Origin: Candidatus Omnitrophota bacterium | Lineage (GTDB): Bacteria; Omnitrophota; Gorgyraeia; Aquiviventales; JACQRC01 | Reading direction: 5' to 3' | NCBI GenBank assembly: GCA_016206665.1 | Contig: JACQRC010000015.1 | Location: 118 to 64,117, forward strand | Length of the DNA: 64,000 nucleotides | In this document: positions 8,571-17,608 of the stretch, piece by piece | How positions within the stretch are numbered: position 1 is the first letter of the stretch | How the letters are laid out: the number at the start of each line of letters is the position of its first letter | Made by a program: the position numbers and the translations under genes | Notes under the pieces: model-generated | Told to the model about the DNA's origin: nothing | The model's input: the letters and a program-made list of their open reading frames with translations, nothing else | Database searches by the model: none

Positions 8571-10534
8571 CCGGGCGCATCATCCTATTTGAACGCCTGA
8601 CCCGCTGGCATCTGCCGGTGGTCGCATGGTACCACCTCCGCGGGGACTCCATCTACTACCGGAGCTGCGCGGCTGGCTGCGAGCCGGCGCGCTGGGGCGG
8701 AGCCATCGCCCAGTTCGAGGGCACGCCACCGCTCTACCGGGGTGTCAATGGAGCCACCGATCAGGCCTTCGATCATATTGAAGCGCTCTATGCACGGGCA
8801 TACGCACAGCAGGGGATCATCCGGTTGCTGCGCAATCTCTATGGCAGCGATGAGATCCATCTGGCGTTCAAAAAGGCGCTGCTCAAGGAGCTGTCGGAGT
8901 TTTATTATTGCCGGCTGTTAGCCGAGCGGATCCAGCGCGCCCATCCGCAGGGGCGCCACATTTTCTTGGTGCCGGCTGACCTGGGCCAACCGGAGAGGCA
9001 ACGCGCCTGGGCCGACGTCCTGCCAGCCGCGGCGATGGGCGAGACGCATCTTCCGCCTTGGTCATTTCCCTGCTGGGTCCGCCTCGCCGGCTTGATGCGG
9101 TCGCTGCAGGAGCGGTTGGTGGCAGCAGGGATTCTGGTACGCGTGCTGGCGCGTGCCATCCGGGGCCTGCTACGGCCGTCACGGCAGCCTTCGGTGCACA
9201 CGTACGACGTCGCGCTCACCATCGTGGCCTGGCGCCGGCAGCTGCACGACAATTTACGCTCGGCGGGTTTCCTCATTGATGGGCGATTGATCACCAGGGA
9301 TCGCGTCCTGTTGGTACCGCTGATCCGATTGACGCGACGCCAGATCGCGTGGCTGGCCGGCCGCGCCTTGCAGGTGAGCCCCACGCCTCTGCGGGCGTCT
9401 CGAGCCACCTGCCGCCAGGCGCTGGGAGCTGCCCTGCGGTTGATCGGCCAGCTCCCTCGGCAGGCACCGTGGCTGCTCAGGACCGCGGCGCATCTCATCG
9501 AAGCGTTCTGCATCTGGCGGGCGTTTACGGAGCGATACCGGATCGGTCGCTTCGTTACCCATGCGGATCATGGCATCGGCCATATCGCGAGAAATATCCT
9601 CTTGAAGCAGCAGGGGTCAGCGGTGTGGTCGTACGTGGATTCCGGCAATCTGACCTATCTCCATCCCCATGCCGAAGCGGCGGCTCCACGCTACGAGCTC
9701 TGGGGCTTTCTCTACTATGATGTGATGGTGTGCTGGAATGCCGCCATGGTGCGGTACTTCCAGCGGCACCATCAGCATGTCGAGCGGTACGAAATCATCG
9801 GATGTCTGTGGTCCGAGCATGTGCGGTTGCTTCGCGAGGGGACTCTTCCCATGGCGGTCCGGCAGCAGCTGCTGACGCGGGGCTGGCGTCCGGGACAGCC
9901 GGTTGTGGCCTGGTTTCCCACCTGGTATCAGGCCGACAATCTGACGGATCATCATGACGGCCTGGCGTTCGCGCAAGCCATCCAACAGCTGCTGACGGAG
10001 CTGCCCGACGTGTTTATGGTGGTGAAGGAGAAGCACCAGCGATGGCTGTTTGCCAAGCACCCGGTCTATGGCGGTCCTGAGGCCCGACGCATCTACGAGG
10101 CCTACGAGCAGCTCGAGCGCCACCCACGGTGCTGGTTGCCCGGTCCTACCGCCAACGCCTCCGAGATCGTCGCCGCCAGCGACCTCGTCATCTCCTTTCC
10201 TTTTACATCAGTGACGGTGGAGGCGATGGCTGGCCGGGTCAAGGCCATCTATTATGGCCCGCACGGCAGATACCGCGGTGCCCATTACGATCGGATCCCT
10301 GGCATGGTCGTCCACAGTGGCGATGAGCTGAAACACCGCGTCGCCCAGTTGCTGCATGAAACGTCTGCCGATGAGTATGACCGGTACTTGACGCAGTATG
10401 CGAAGGGCGAGGTCGATCCATTTCTCGACGGACAGGCGCTCACGCGGTTCCGCACGTTGTTGGCGGGCGCAGCGCGTGACGACACACCGGAGGCCCTGCC
10501 ATCGGCCCTGGCGGAAGCGAGAGGATCGTCATGA
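8567..10534 (+). CDS. Large uncharacterised protein with GT-B-like C-terminal half (candidate glycosyl/ulosonate transferase), copy A
   Basis: ATGA overlap; 655 aa. I recognise no N-terminal family. The C-terminal segment EIVAASDLVISFPFTSVTVEAMAGRVKAIYYGP has the shape of the donor-binding Rossmann half of GT-B enzymes and aligns by eye with the 23761 protein. Confidence 0.45.
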   Translation: MTGRIILFERLTRWHLPVVAWYHLRGDSIYYRSCAAGCEPARWGGAIAQFEGTPPLYRGVNGATDQAFDHIEALYARAYAQQGIIRLLRNLYGSDEIHLAFKKALLKELSEFYYCRLLAERIQRAHPQGRHIFLVPADLGQPERQRAWADVLPAAAMGETHLPPWSFPCWVRLAGLMRSLQERLVAAGILVRVLARAIRGLLRPSRQPSVHTYDVALTIVAWRRQLHDNLRSAGFLIDGRLITRDRVLLVPLIRLTRRQIAWLAGRALQVSPTPLRASRATCRQALGAALRLIGQLPRQAPWLLRTAAHLIEAFCIWRAFTERYRIGRFVTHADHGIGHIARNILLKQQGSAVWSYVDSGNLTYLHPHAEAAAPRYELWGFLYYDVMVCWNAAMVRYFQRHHQHVERYEIIGCLWSEHVRLLREGTLPMAVRQQLLTRGWRPGQPVVAWFPTWYQADNLTDHHDGLAFAQAIQQLLTELPDVFMVVKEKHQRWLFAKHPVYGGPEARRIYEAYEQLERHPRCWLPGPTANASEIVAASDLVISFPFTSVTVEAMAGRVKAIYYGPHGRYRGAHYDRIPGMVVHSGDELKHRVAQLLHETSADEYDRYLTQYAKGEVDPFLDGQALTRFRTLLAGAARDDTPEALPSALAEARGSS

Positions 10535-11628
10535 AGACTGTCACGATCACCGGCCTTTCCGTTATGCCATTGACTCCGAGCCAGCACGGCGCGTGGGATC
10601 GGTTCGCGGCCGAGTCGGATACGGCGTGGTTCTGGCATACCACCGCATGGCTGACCTATGCGCGCGCGTTCACCGCAGAGCGATTCATGGACGACCTATC
10701 TTTTATGATCTACAACGGGCCGGAGCTGTGCGCCATCTGCCCGGTGTTCCTGGAAGAGGAGTACGGCATCCGGCGCTTCGCCTGCGTGGGCGAACCGCTG
10801 CCCTTTCCCGCCTACAAGCCTGGCCTGGGCGCGGGCGCGCAATGTCGGGTGCTGGATCTGTACATCGAGACGCTGGCCCGGCTGGCCGAGGAGCACCAGG
10901 CGGCCTACGTATCGGTCCGCGTGCCGCCGGTGGCGGCCGCCTCTCGCGAGAACGCGGCCCTGCCAGTCAACCCGCTGTTGCCATACGGATTTTTTGATCT
11001 AACGGTGCTGACGCAGGTGGTCGATCTGCGGCAGCCCCGCGAGACGCTGTGGGCACAGATCCGCAAAGGCCACAAATCAGACATCAAACGCGGCGGCAAG
11101 TCGTGCGCGGTGACGGTGTGGGATCAGGCGACGATCACGCTGGAGAAATTCCGTCAGTACCAAGAGCTGCACCGGAAGGATGCGGGACGGGCCACCCGCT
11201 CGCAGCGGACCTTCGATCTCATGCTCGACTGGGTGCGAGACGGCCAGGCGATGCTGACCGAAGCGCACATCGGCGATCGTCCCATCGCCTTTGCCCTGGT
11301 GATGCGGTTCGGGGTGGGCGCGTACTACGGGTCGGGCTGCAAGGACCCGGACCATCTCTCTGTGCCGGCCTCCCATCTGATTCAGTGGGAGGCGATGCTC
11401 TGGCTCAAAGCGCACGGCACGCAGTTCTACGATCTCGGGCTGCAGCATTTGGCCCCACAATGGTTTCACGTCCCGACCGCCAAAGAGCTCGGCATCTCCA
11501 GCTTCAAGCGGGGGTTTGGCGGCATGACGGTACCGCTGGCCACCGCTGAGCGGTTCTATGCATTGGACTACCTCAAGGAAACCTTTGCCCGTCGAATGGA
11601 GGCGCATGTCAGCTCATCTCGCGTTTGA
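10531..11628 (+). CDS. FemAB-like / GNAT-fold peptidyl- or aminoacyl-transferase family protein
   Basis: ATGA overlap. The layout and motifs (WDRFAAESDTAWFWHTTAW, IRKGHKSDIKRG, GAYYGSGC, HLIQWEAMLWLKAHG, FKRGFGG) resemble FemAB-family proteins found in EPS loci. Confidence 0.6.
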   Translation: MKTVTITGLSVMPLTPSQHGAWDRFAAESDTAWFWHTTAWLTYARAFTAERFMDDLSFMIYNGPELCAICPVFLEEEYGIRRFACVGEPLPFPAYKPGLGAGAQCRVLDLYIETLARLAEEHQAAYVSVRVPPVAAASRENAALPVNPLLPYGFFDLTVLTQVVDLRQPRETLWAQIRKGHKSDIKRGGKSCAVTVWDQATITLEKFRQYQELHRKDAGRATRSQRTFDLMLDWVRDGQAMLTEAHIGDRPIAFALVMRFGVGAYYGSGCKDPDHLSVPASHLIQWEAMLWLKAHGTQFYDLGLQHLAPQWFHVPTAKELGISSFKRGFGGMTVPLATAERFYALDYLKETFARRMEAHVSSSRV

Positions 11629-12646
11629 GCCGCGCGTGCGGTGGCGCGATTGCCTGGGAGCATCCCGCGTGACGTGGGAGTTGCTCGACGCGCAGGCGAG
11701 CGCGCTCATCGGCTGTCCGGGAGTGGTGGTCCCCTCAATCAGGGTGGCACTCGCCTGGCTCCTGGAGGCGTCAGGGTTCGTGCGGTGGCGTGACCAAGTG
11801 CTGGTGCCGCGCTTCCTCGGGCGCTGCCTCTTGACGCCGATCCTGCGCCACGCACTGCCGGTGGAGTCGCTCACCTCCTCGACGCGGCTGATGCTCGTCG
11901 TGCATCAATTCGGATGTGACCAGCAGCTCGACGAGATTTGGCAGATGTGCCGGCAGCACGGCATCGCCTATGTCGAGGACAGCCCCGGCGGGTTGCGCGA
12001 AACCGAAGGTCTGGGCCCGGGTTCATGGGGCCGCTTTGTCAGTTTGTCGAAGGTGCTGCCGATTCTGCGCGGGGCCTTTTTCATCACCGAAGATGAGCGG
12101 TGGCTCGCGCTGATGCGGCAGCGCCGGCAGGCGAGCCACCCGGCGGCGTGGCTGCTTTTTGGATGGCTGATGCGCAGCCGCCACCATGTGCACGCACCGC
12201 ACGACTCGCCCTGGGGCGATACGCTGACCGAGTTGCAGCTCATGGCGGCCGGCGGTCATGCCCTGCACCGCGTCAACATCCAGCGAGGTCTGGCCCAGCT
12301 CGCGCAGTATAGCCGCTTGGCCCGCCAGCGTCTGGCACGTGCCGCCGCTGCCTTAGGTGATCACGCGGTGTTGCCGGCGACGACGCGGCTCCCATATGTG
12401 GTACCCATCATGGCCCCCGAGGACTCGGCCGCGATGGAGGCGTCTCTGCGTGCGCACGGCTTCGATGCCATGCGTTACCATTTCGATCGCCGCCACCATC
12501 TGCTGGAGCCGGATTATCAGCAGGTGTACTTGTTGCCGCTCAATCCGACGATACCGCAGACGCGGTTTGAGGCGGTGCTCGGGGATCTCGAGCGGATTGT
12601 GCGCACGCAGCCGGCAGATGCCCTGGTGGAGAGCCATGGCCGTTGA
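11606..12646 (+). CDS. Divergent DegT/DnrJ/EryC1-like putative PLP-dependent enzyme
   Basis: ATG 11606 is preceded by GGAGG. LVVHQFGCDQQLDEIWQMCRQHGIAYVEDSPGG and a candidate PLP lysine in SLSKVLPILRGAFF recall sugar aminotransferases. The protein is divergent and the call is tentative. Confidence 0.4.
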   Translation: MSAHLAFEPRVRWRDCLGASRVTWELLDAQASALIGCPGVVVPSIRVALAWLLEASGFVRWRDQVLVPRFLGRCLLTPILRHALPVESLTSSTRLMLVVHQFGCDQQLDEIWQMCRQHGIAYVEDSPGGLRETEGLGPGSWGRFVSLSKVLPILRGAFFITEDERWLALMRQRRQASHPAAWLLFGWLMRSRHHVHAPHDSPWGDTLTELQLMAAGGHALHRVNIQRGLAQLAQYSRLARQRLARAAAALGDHAVLPATTRLPYVVPIMAPEDSAAMEASLRAHGFDAMRYHFDRRHHLLEPDYQQVYLLPLNPTIPQTRFEAVLGDLERIVRTQPADALVESHGR

Positions 12647-13709
12647 GGTCCGGTCGGCACGCCATCACGGTGAGGTCACGCAAGCCTGCACGCTTGCGGC
12701 GCACATTTTTGGCACCGACGTCGAGCAGAGCCGACGACGGCAAGAGGCGTGGCTGCGCCTTGAACCGTGTGCGGATCTGCGGGATCTCGTGCTCGCCTGC
12801 GAGGGCGGCGAGGTGGTGGGTCTGATTCGCATCGTCAACCGCCAGTTCCATTGGTCCGATGGCATGGTCCCAGCCGGCGGCCTCGCGCATGTCGGCCTCC
12901 ACGAGGCGTATCGGGGGCGCGGGCTGGGTGGCCGTATGGTGGAGGCGGCCCTGGCGCGACTCACCGAGCGCCACGACACGCTCGCGGTGCTCTTTGCGCG
13001 CCGTGCCGTGGATGGGTGGTACCCAAAATTCGGGTTCGTCGGGCTCGGCTGCCATCCGGAGCTGCGCGTGGAGCCGGCGGCGCTGTCGGAGACGATGCAG
13101 CCGCGCGAGGTCCAGGTGGAGACAGGCCTGGGCTCCGTGCCTGCCGAGGCATGGCAGACGCTGTATGAGGCGTCGTATCGTGAGCTGCCGCTCAGCTTCT
13201 ACCGCGATGGCCTGTGGTGGGCAGGGTGGGAGGAGCGGCTGGCCATGACGGTGGGCTGTGAGCGGGTGACGCGTTTTTACATGGCGGACCGACTCATTGG
13301 CTATGCGGTCAGCGACGGCGAGCGCGTCGTCGAGGCAGCCGCGGATGTCAGCTGGCAGGCGTCCTGTGCTCAAGCGCTGTGCGCGCAAGCAGCCGAGCAA
13401 GATGAAGGGCTGGCGCTTCGCTTACCGACCGACCACTGGCTAATGCGATGGCTCCAACGGTTGAATCACACGCTGACCATTCGATACGCCTGGGATGGCG
13501 GCCACATGGTGCGACTGATGGGTGCCCGGGCCTTGCAGAGCGTGGAAGCCGCGGAGACAGGTTGGGATGCCAGACAGGCTGTCGGCGTGGCGCGCGCCTC
13601 GCGCTCGCGTCTCGAGGAGCAATGCAGTCGTCTGCTGGAACTGCTGACGGCAGCGCCGCCCGCAGTCGTGCCGTCGCTGCCCACGTGGTCGATTCTGGAT
13701 GAGTTTTAG
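12636..13709 (+). CDS. GNAT acetyltransferase with long C-terminal extension (Eis-like architecture)
   Basis: ATG 12636 has an 11-nt overlap; the track start 12357 is an R/C-rich extension. The GNAT core is VGLIRIVNRQF...HVGLHEAYRGRGLGGRMVEAAL (acetyl-CoA loop RGxGxG). Confidence 0.65.
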   Translation: MAVEVRSARHHGEVTQACTLAAHIFGTDVEQSRRRQEAWLRLEPCADLRDLVLACEGGEVVGLIRIVNRQFHWSDGMVPAGGLAHVGLHEAYRGRGLGGRMVEAALARLTERHDTLAVLFARRAVDGWYPKFGFVGLGCHPELRVEPAALSETMQPREVQVETGLGSVPAEAWQTLYEASYRELPLSFYRDGLWWAGWEERLAMTVGCERVTRFYMADRLIGYAVSDGERVVEAAADVSWQASCAQALCAQAAEQDEGLALRLPTDHWLMRWLQRLNHTLTIRYAWDGGHMVRLMGARALQSVEAAETGWDARQAVGVARASRSRLEEQCSRLLELLTAAPPAVVPSLPTWSILDEF

Positions 13710-14642
13710 ATGAAGCTGGCTCTGCTGAACCTGATTTCGACTCCCGCGGCGGTGCTGCCGAGTCTGGGGCTGCGGCTGCGCATGGGATTGAGTTCTGAAG
13801 ATCCGATGGTCGGCCGCCATCCGTCGGAGCCGTACGACGCGTACCTGAGTGTCTACGCGCCGGATGGGCGATTTGTGAATCGGCTGGCGTTGGGCCGGAT
13901 CCCGCCGCACTGTCGGCAGATGTTTGATATTGATGCGCTCGTCGAGCCGTTGCGTCTGGGGGGTGATCATCTTGTGATCATGCATCGCGTGCCGGCCAGC
14001 TTGGCCGACCGGTACGGCGTCATTGATCAGCCGGTCGAGTTGCCCGACGACACGGACTACATCATGTTCCGCGCCTACGTCCAGTACAGCTATCCGCACG
14101 GCGGCGGCGCGCACGGCGGGGTGATTTACGAGATCCCCCCGCGGCAGAACGAATCGATGCCGGGCAAGTCGCCATCGCAAACGCTCACCTTTACGACGAA
14201 GGCGGTCTGCTCGGACACGGTCGAAACCCACGTACTGCTGCTCAACTGTTCCACCAATCCGCGGTATGCGACGACGGCGGTGTATCGGTTCGCACTGTAC
14301 ACGTGCGGTGGCGAGCAGGTGGCTTCCGGCGCGTGCCCCATCGCGCCGTTCACGCATGGCCGGCTGGATCTGCGCAGGCACCTTCCTGCGGAGACCATCG
14401 GGCGTGAGCTGGATCCTCTCGACGGGCTGGCGCATTTTAGTTTCCACGGCTTCTGCGAGGAGGCCTCCGTGCCGGTGCTGGTCTTGAACTTGTCGCCGAC
14501 GATGGGCGGCGTGAGCGTGGAGCACACGCACCCTCCGCAGGGCTACATGATCGCCTTCACCCCGCAAGACCGGCAGCGGGTCAAGCAGGCTGCCGTGGCG
14601 TCATGGCGGTCACTGCTTGATGCCGTGCCGGCAGGACGGTAG
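13710..14642 (+). CDS. Hypothetical protein, unknown family (first of tandem pair)
   Basis: ATG follows immediately after TAG 13707-13709. Third codon positions read by eye are strongly G/C-biased in this frame. I recognise no motif. It ends with SVEHTHPPQGY... . Confidence 0.6.
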   Translation: MKLALLNLISTPAAVLPSLGLRLRMGLSSEDPMVGRHPSEPYDAYLSVYAPDGRFVNRLALGRIPPHCRQMFDIDALVEPLRLGGDHLVIMHRVPASLADRYGVIDQPVELPDDTDYIMFRAYVQYSYPHGGGAHGGVIYEIPPRQNESMPGKSPSQTLTFTTKAVCSDTVETHVLLLNCSTNPRYATTAVYRFALYTCGGEQVASGACPIAPFTHGRLDLRRHLPAETIGRELDPLDGLAHFSFHGFCEEASVPVLVLNLSPTMGGVSVEHTHPPQGYMIAFTPQDRQRVKQAAVASWRSLLDAVPAGR

Positions 14643-14644
14643 CC

Positions 14645-15520
14645 GTGCTCGCGACGATCAAACGCACTTTGGGTCCCACCGGCCGCCAAGCGGTGCGCCG
14701 GCTGATGCTGCTCACCGGCCGCCACTGGGCCAATCCCTCCCTCGTGGGGCGGGGAACCATCCAGGATTTGTACTACTGGGTCGCCGATGAGCAGTACGAT
14801 ACGGTCGTGCTGCTCAACAACTTTTTCAGTGCGCTTTTTCCCGCGATCCCGACGGCGACCACGGGGACCATGACGCTCTTCGACAGCGACGGCCGGCAGT
14901 TGGGTCGGGAAGAGGTGGCGGTGAGCCATCTGGGGTGCGCCAAGTGGTCGGTGGGACGCAGCGTGCAGACCTGGGCGCGGCAGCGAGCACCGGCACCCAC
15001 GTTTGGGACGGCACTCTTTACCCTCACAATTCCGCCGGCGGTGCTGGAGGCCGTCGCCAAGTACGAGGGGCCGTTCTATTTCTGGCACCGCTTCTACATC
15101 GAATATGTGACGCGCGCGGGGTGGCCGGCCTTCGTGCACTGCGTGGACAAGACGTGGACCTTCCGCCACGGCCGGACCAAGCCGATCCGGTGGTACCGTC
15201 AGCCGCCGCCACGGGATTGGGCGCCGGAGATCCCGCTCAACATTCAAGACTACCGGCGCGTACTAGCCATCGTGACGAACCGCACCGTGCAGCCGGCAAC
15301 GATGACGTTGACGGTGACGGATGGGCAGGACCGCGCGCGGGAATTCTCAACGACCGTCCCGCCCTTCGGTGTGCGCCGGTTTGAGCTCACCGCGGAGGCC
15401 CTGCGCGGCCTGGCGCCGCAGGGGTTGCGGCTGCGGCTGCTCGGCCTGCCCACGACCTGGGCCCGACCCGTGTTGTTCAAGGAGTTTCGCAACGGCACCA
15501 TCTCCGCGATGCACTGCTAA
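14645..15520 (+). CDS. Hypothetical protein, unknown family (second of tandem pair)
   Basis: GTG 14645 lies 2 nt after the upstream stop. The frame is co-linear and tightly packed. I recognise no family. Confidence 0.55.
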   Translation: MLATIKRTLGPTGRQAVRRLMLLTGRHWANPSLVGRGTIQDLYYWVADEQYDTVVLLNNFFSALFPAIPTATTGTMTLFDSDGRQLGREEVAVSHLGCAKWSVGRSVQTWARQRAPAPTFGTALFTLTIPPAVLEAVAKYEGPFYFWHRFYIEYVTRAGWPAFVHCVDKTWTFRHGRTKPIRWYRQPPPRDWAPEIPLNIQDYRRVLAIVTNRTVQPATMTLTVTDGQDRAREFSTTVPPFGVRRFELTAEALRGLAPQGLRLRLLGLPTTWARPVLFKEFRNGTISAMHC

Positions 15521-15524
15521 ACCG

Positions 15525-16514
15525 ATGACGACTCGTGACGTGGAGCGTTTGAACCGCGCACGGATTCCCCACGCGGACGAATACTATGACCGCCTGCAGT
15601 ACGAGCACGATCCGTATGCCGGCTACCGGCTGCGGCCGAACCAGCATCTGCCGCACATCACCATCAACGCCGACGGCTTCCGCGGACGGCCGTGGCGTGG
15701 TGACGAGACGACGCTGCTGTTCGGCGACTCCGTGACCTTCGGAGTCGGCGCGTCGGGCGACGATGCCTGTTTTGCGCGTTTCCTCGAGCGCCGACTGGGA
15801 ACACCCGTCGCCGACGCCTCGGTACGGGCCTACCGGATCGGCCAGCATTTCAGTCGGTTGCCCGCGCTCTGCGAGCGACTGCCGCATCTCCAGCGGGTGG
15901 TGCTGTGGGGTGGATATTTGGATTTGCTATTCTGGGTTATCACCGGTGGCCGCTTAGACGGGGCCTTTCAATTTGCGGAGAAGCACGGGCCGACGCAGGG
16001 GTGGGGCGCCGTCGTCGCCCGCTGGCACCATCGGCTCCGGCTGACGGCACCCTACCAAGTGCTGCGTGGCGTCGTGCGCGCGCGGCATCCGGCGGTGCGC
16101 GAACCGGCGCTGTCCATCGAGGCGCTGGCCGACCATGTCGTGGCCTACGTGCAGGCGATGCATGGCCTCTGTGTCGCTCGCAAGGTCGGGTTCAGTTTTC
16201 TGTTGCAGCCCTTCGTCCACGCAAGGCCTCAGGCGCCCGACCTGCAACGATTGACGGATGCTCACGACGCGCAGGCGCAGCGGAAATGCGGCCGCAGCTG
16301 GTACGAGAGCGCTGCTCGGTATGTCGGCGCGCTGCAGGCGCTCCTCAAGCGCGATGGGACCATCCACTGGACGGATTGTCAGGCCTGGATCGCCGAGGAG
16401 GATTTGCTCGACCAGGTGCACCTGCGGGAGCAGGCGGTGAGCCGCCTCGCCACGCAGGTGGCCCCGCGACTCGGCCCGTGGGTCAAGGCGTCAGCCATGG
16501 AGGTGTTGGCGTGA
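15525..16514 (+). CDS. SGNH/GDSL-type hydrolase or O-acyltransferase-like protein
   Basis: ATG 15525 lies 4 nt after the upstream stop; the track start 15321 is an extension. It has a block-I LLFGDSVTFGVG (GDS) and a C-terminal DQVH (DxxH) catalytic-type motif. Confidence 0.55.
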   Translation: MTTRDVERLNRARIPHADEYYDRLQYEHDPYAGYRLRPNQHLPHITINADGFRGRPWRGDETTLLFGDSVTFGVGASGDDACFARFLERRLGTPVADASVRAYRIGQHFSRLPALCERLPHLQRVVLWGGYLDLLFWVITGGRLDGAFQFAEKHGPTQGWGAVVARWHHRLRLTAPYQVLRGVVRARHPAVREPALSIEALADHVVAYVQAMHGLCVARKVGFSFLLQPFVHARPQAPDLQRLTDAHDAQAQRKCGRSWYESAARYVGALQALLKRDGTIHWTDCQAWIAEEDLLDQVHLREQAVSRLATQVAPRLGPWVKASAMEVLA

Positions 16515-16531
16515 TACTTCGCGAGGGCAGG

Positions 16532-17608
16532 ATGCATACGAATCTTGGCGCGTTCTGCGTGGGGCCCGACTGCTCATTCCGTGAGGCCGTGCGCCACATT
16601 GACGAGAATGGTCTCGGCATCGTGTTAGTGGTGGATCCCGAGCGCCGGCTGCTGGGTACCATCACGGATGGCGACGCGCGGCGGGCCATCCTCGCCAACG
16701 TTAACCTGGAGGCTCCGGTGGCGGCGCTGCTCGCGCTGAAGGCCGGTTCGCGCCATGCGCGGCCGGTCACGGCGCGCGTCGGCACGGATCGCGAGACCTG
16801 TGTGCGGCTGATGCGCAGCCACGGCATTCTCCACCTGCCCTTGCTGGATGCGCAGGAGCGCGTGGCCGGGGTCGTGCGCCTGAATGACTTCGTGCAGGAG
16901 GGTCCTCTGCCGACGCTCCAGGCGGTGGTCATGGCCGGCGGAGCGGGCCGACGGCTGAGCCCCCTCACCGATGAGACACCCAAGCCGATGCTGCCCATCG
17001 GCGACCGGCCGCTCCTGGAGATCATCATCGAGCAATTGCGTGAGGCGGGCATCACCCAGGTGAAGGTGACGACCCATCACAAGCCTGAGAAGATTGTCGA
17101 GCATTTCGGTGATGGCAAAGAGTTCGGGGTGGAGCTCTCCTATATGGAGGAGGACCGGCCGTTGGGGACGGCGGGGGCGCTGGGGTTGCTCGCGGCGCCG
17201 ACCACGACCACCCTGGTCGTCTGCGGTGACATCTTGACGCAGGTGGACTACCGGACCCTGGTCGCCTACCACCGCGGCCATCAGGCGGAGCTGACGATGG
17301 TCGTGCGGCCCCACGACCTGAAGGTGCCGTACGGCGTGGTCGAGTGCGACGGGCCGCTGGTGCGCCGGGTGCGGGAGAAACCCGTCCTCAATTTGTTTGT
17401 CAATGCGGGCATCTACCTACTCGAGCCGTCGGCCTTCACCGATATTCCAAAGGCGCAGCGGTTCGACATGACCGACCTGATCCAATCGCTGCTCGATGCC
17501 GGCCGGCGGGTGGTGAGCTTCCCGCTGTATGAATTTTGGCTCGACATCGGCCAGCATGCGGACTACCGGGAGGCCCAGGAGCAGGTGAAGACATGGAAGA
17601 GTTCATGA
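16532..17608 (+). CDS. Tandem-CBS-domain sugar-phosphate nucleotidyltransferase (PtmE-like architecture)
   Basis: CBS-like segments are GIVLVVDPERRLLGTITDGDARRAIL and ILHLPLLDAQERVAGVVRLNDF. The NTP-transferase signature AVVMAGGAGRRLSPLTDETPKPMLPIGDRPLL follows. ATG 16532 comes after GAGGG, and an alternative GTG 16511 sits in a GTGA overlap. Confidence 0.85.
   Translation: MHTNLGAFCVGPDCSFREAVRHIDENGLGIVLVVDPERRLLGTITDGDARRAILANVNLEAPVAALLALKAGSRHARPVTARVGTDRETCVRLMRSHGILHLPLLDAQERVAGVVRLNDFVQEGPLPTLQAVVMAGGAGRRLSPLTDETPKPMLPIGDRPLLEIIIEQLREAGITQVKVTTHHKPEKIVEHFGDGKEFGVELSYMEEDRPLGTAGALGLLAAPTTTTLVVCGDILTQVDYRTLVAYHRGHQAELTMVVRPHDLKVPYGVVECDGPLVRRVREKPVLNLFVNAGIYLLEPSAFTDIPKAQRFDMTDLIQSLLDAGRRVVSFPLYEFWLDIGQHADYREAQEQVKTWKSS

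Noticed and set aside
15905-16510. Long N-terminal extensions of + strand ORFs in the track, for example 15905, 23266, 25014, 27025, 29851, 34443, 35375, 38929, 39675 and 20048
   Set aside because: The extensions run through the preceding gene in another frame and are R/G/A/P-rich. An internal ATG or GTG sits exactly at an (A/G)TGA overlap or just after the upstream stop, and the recognisable protein N-terminus begins there.
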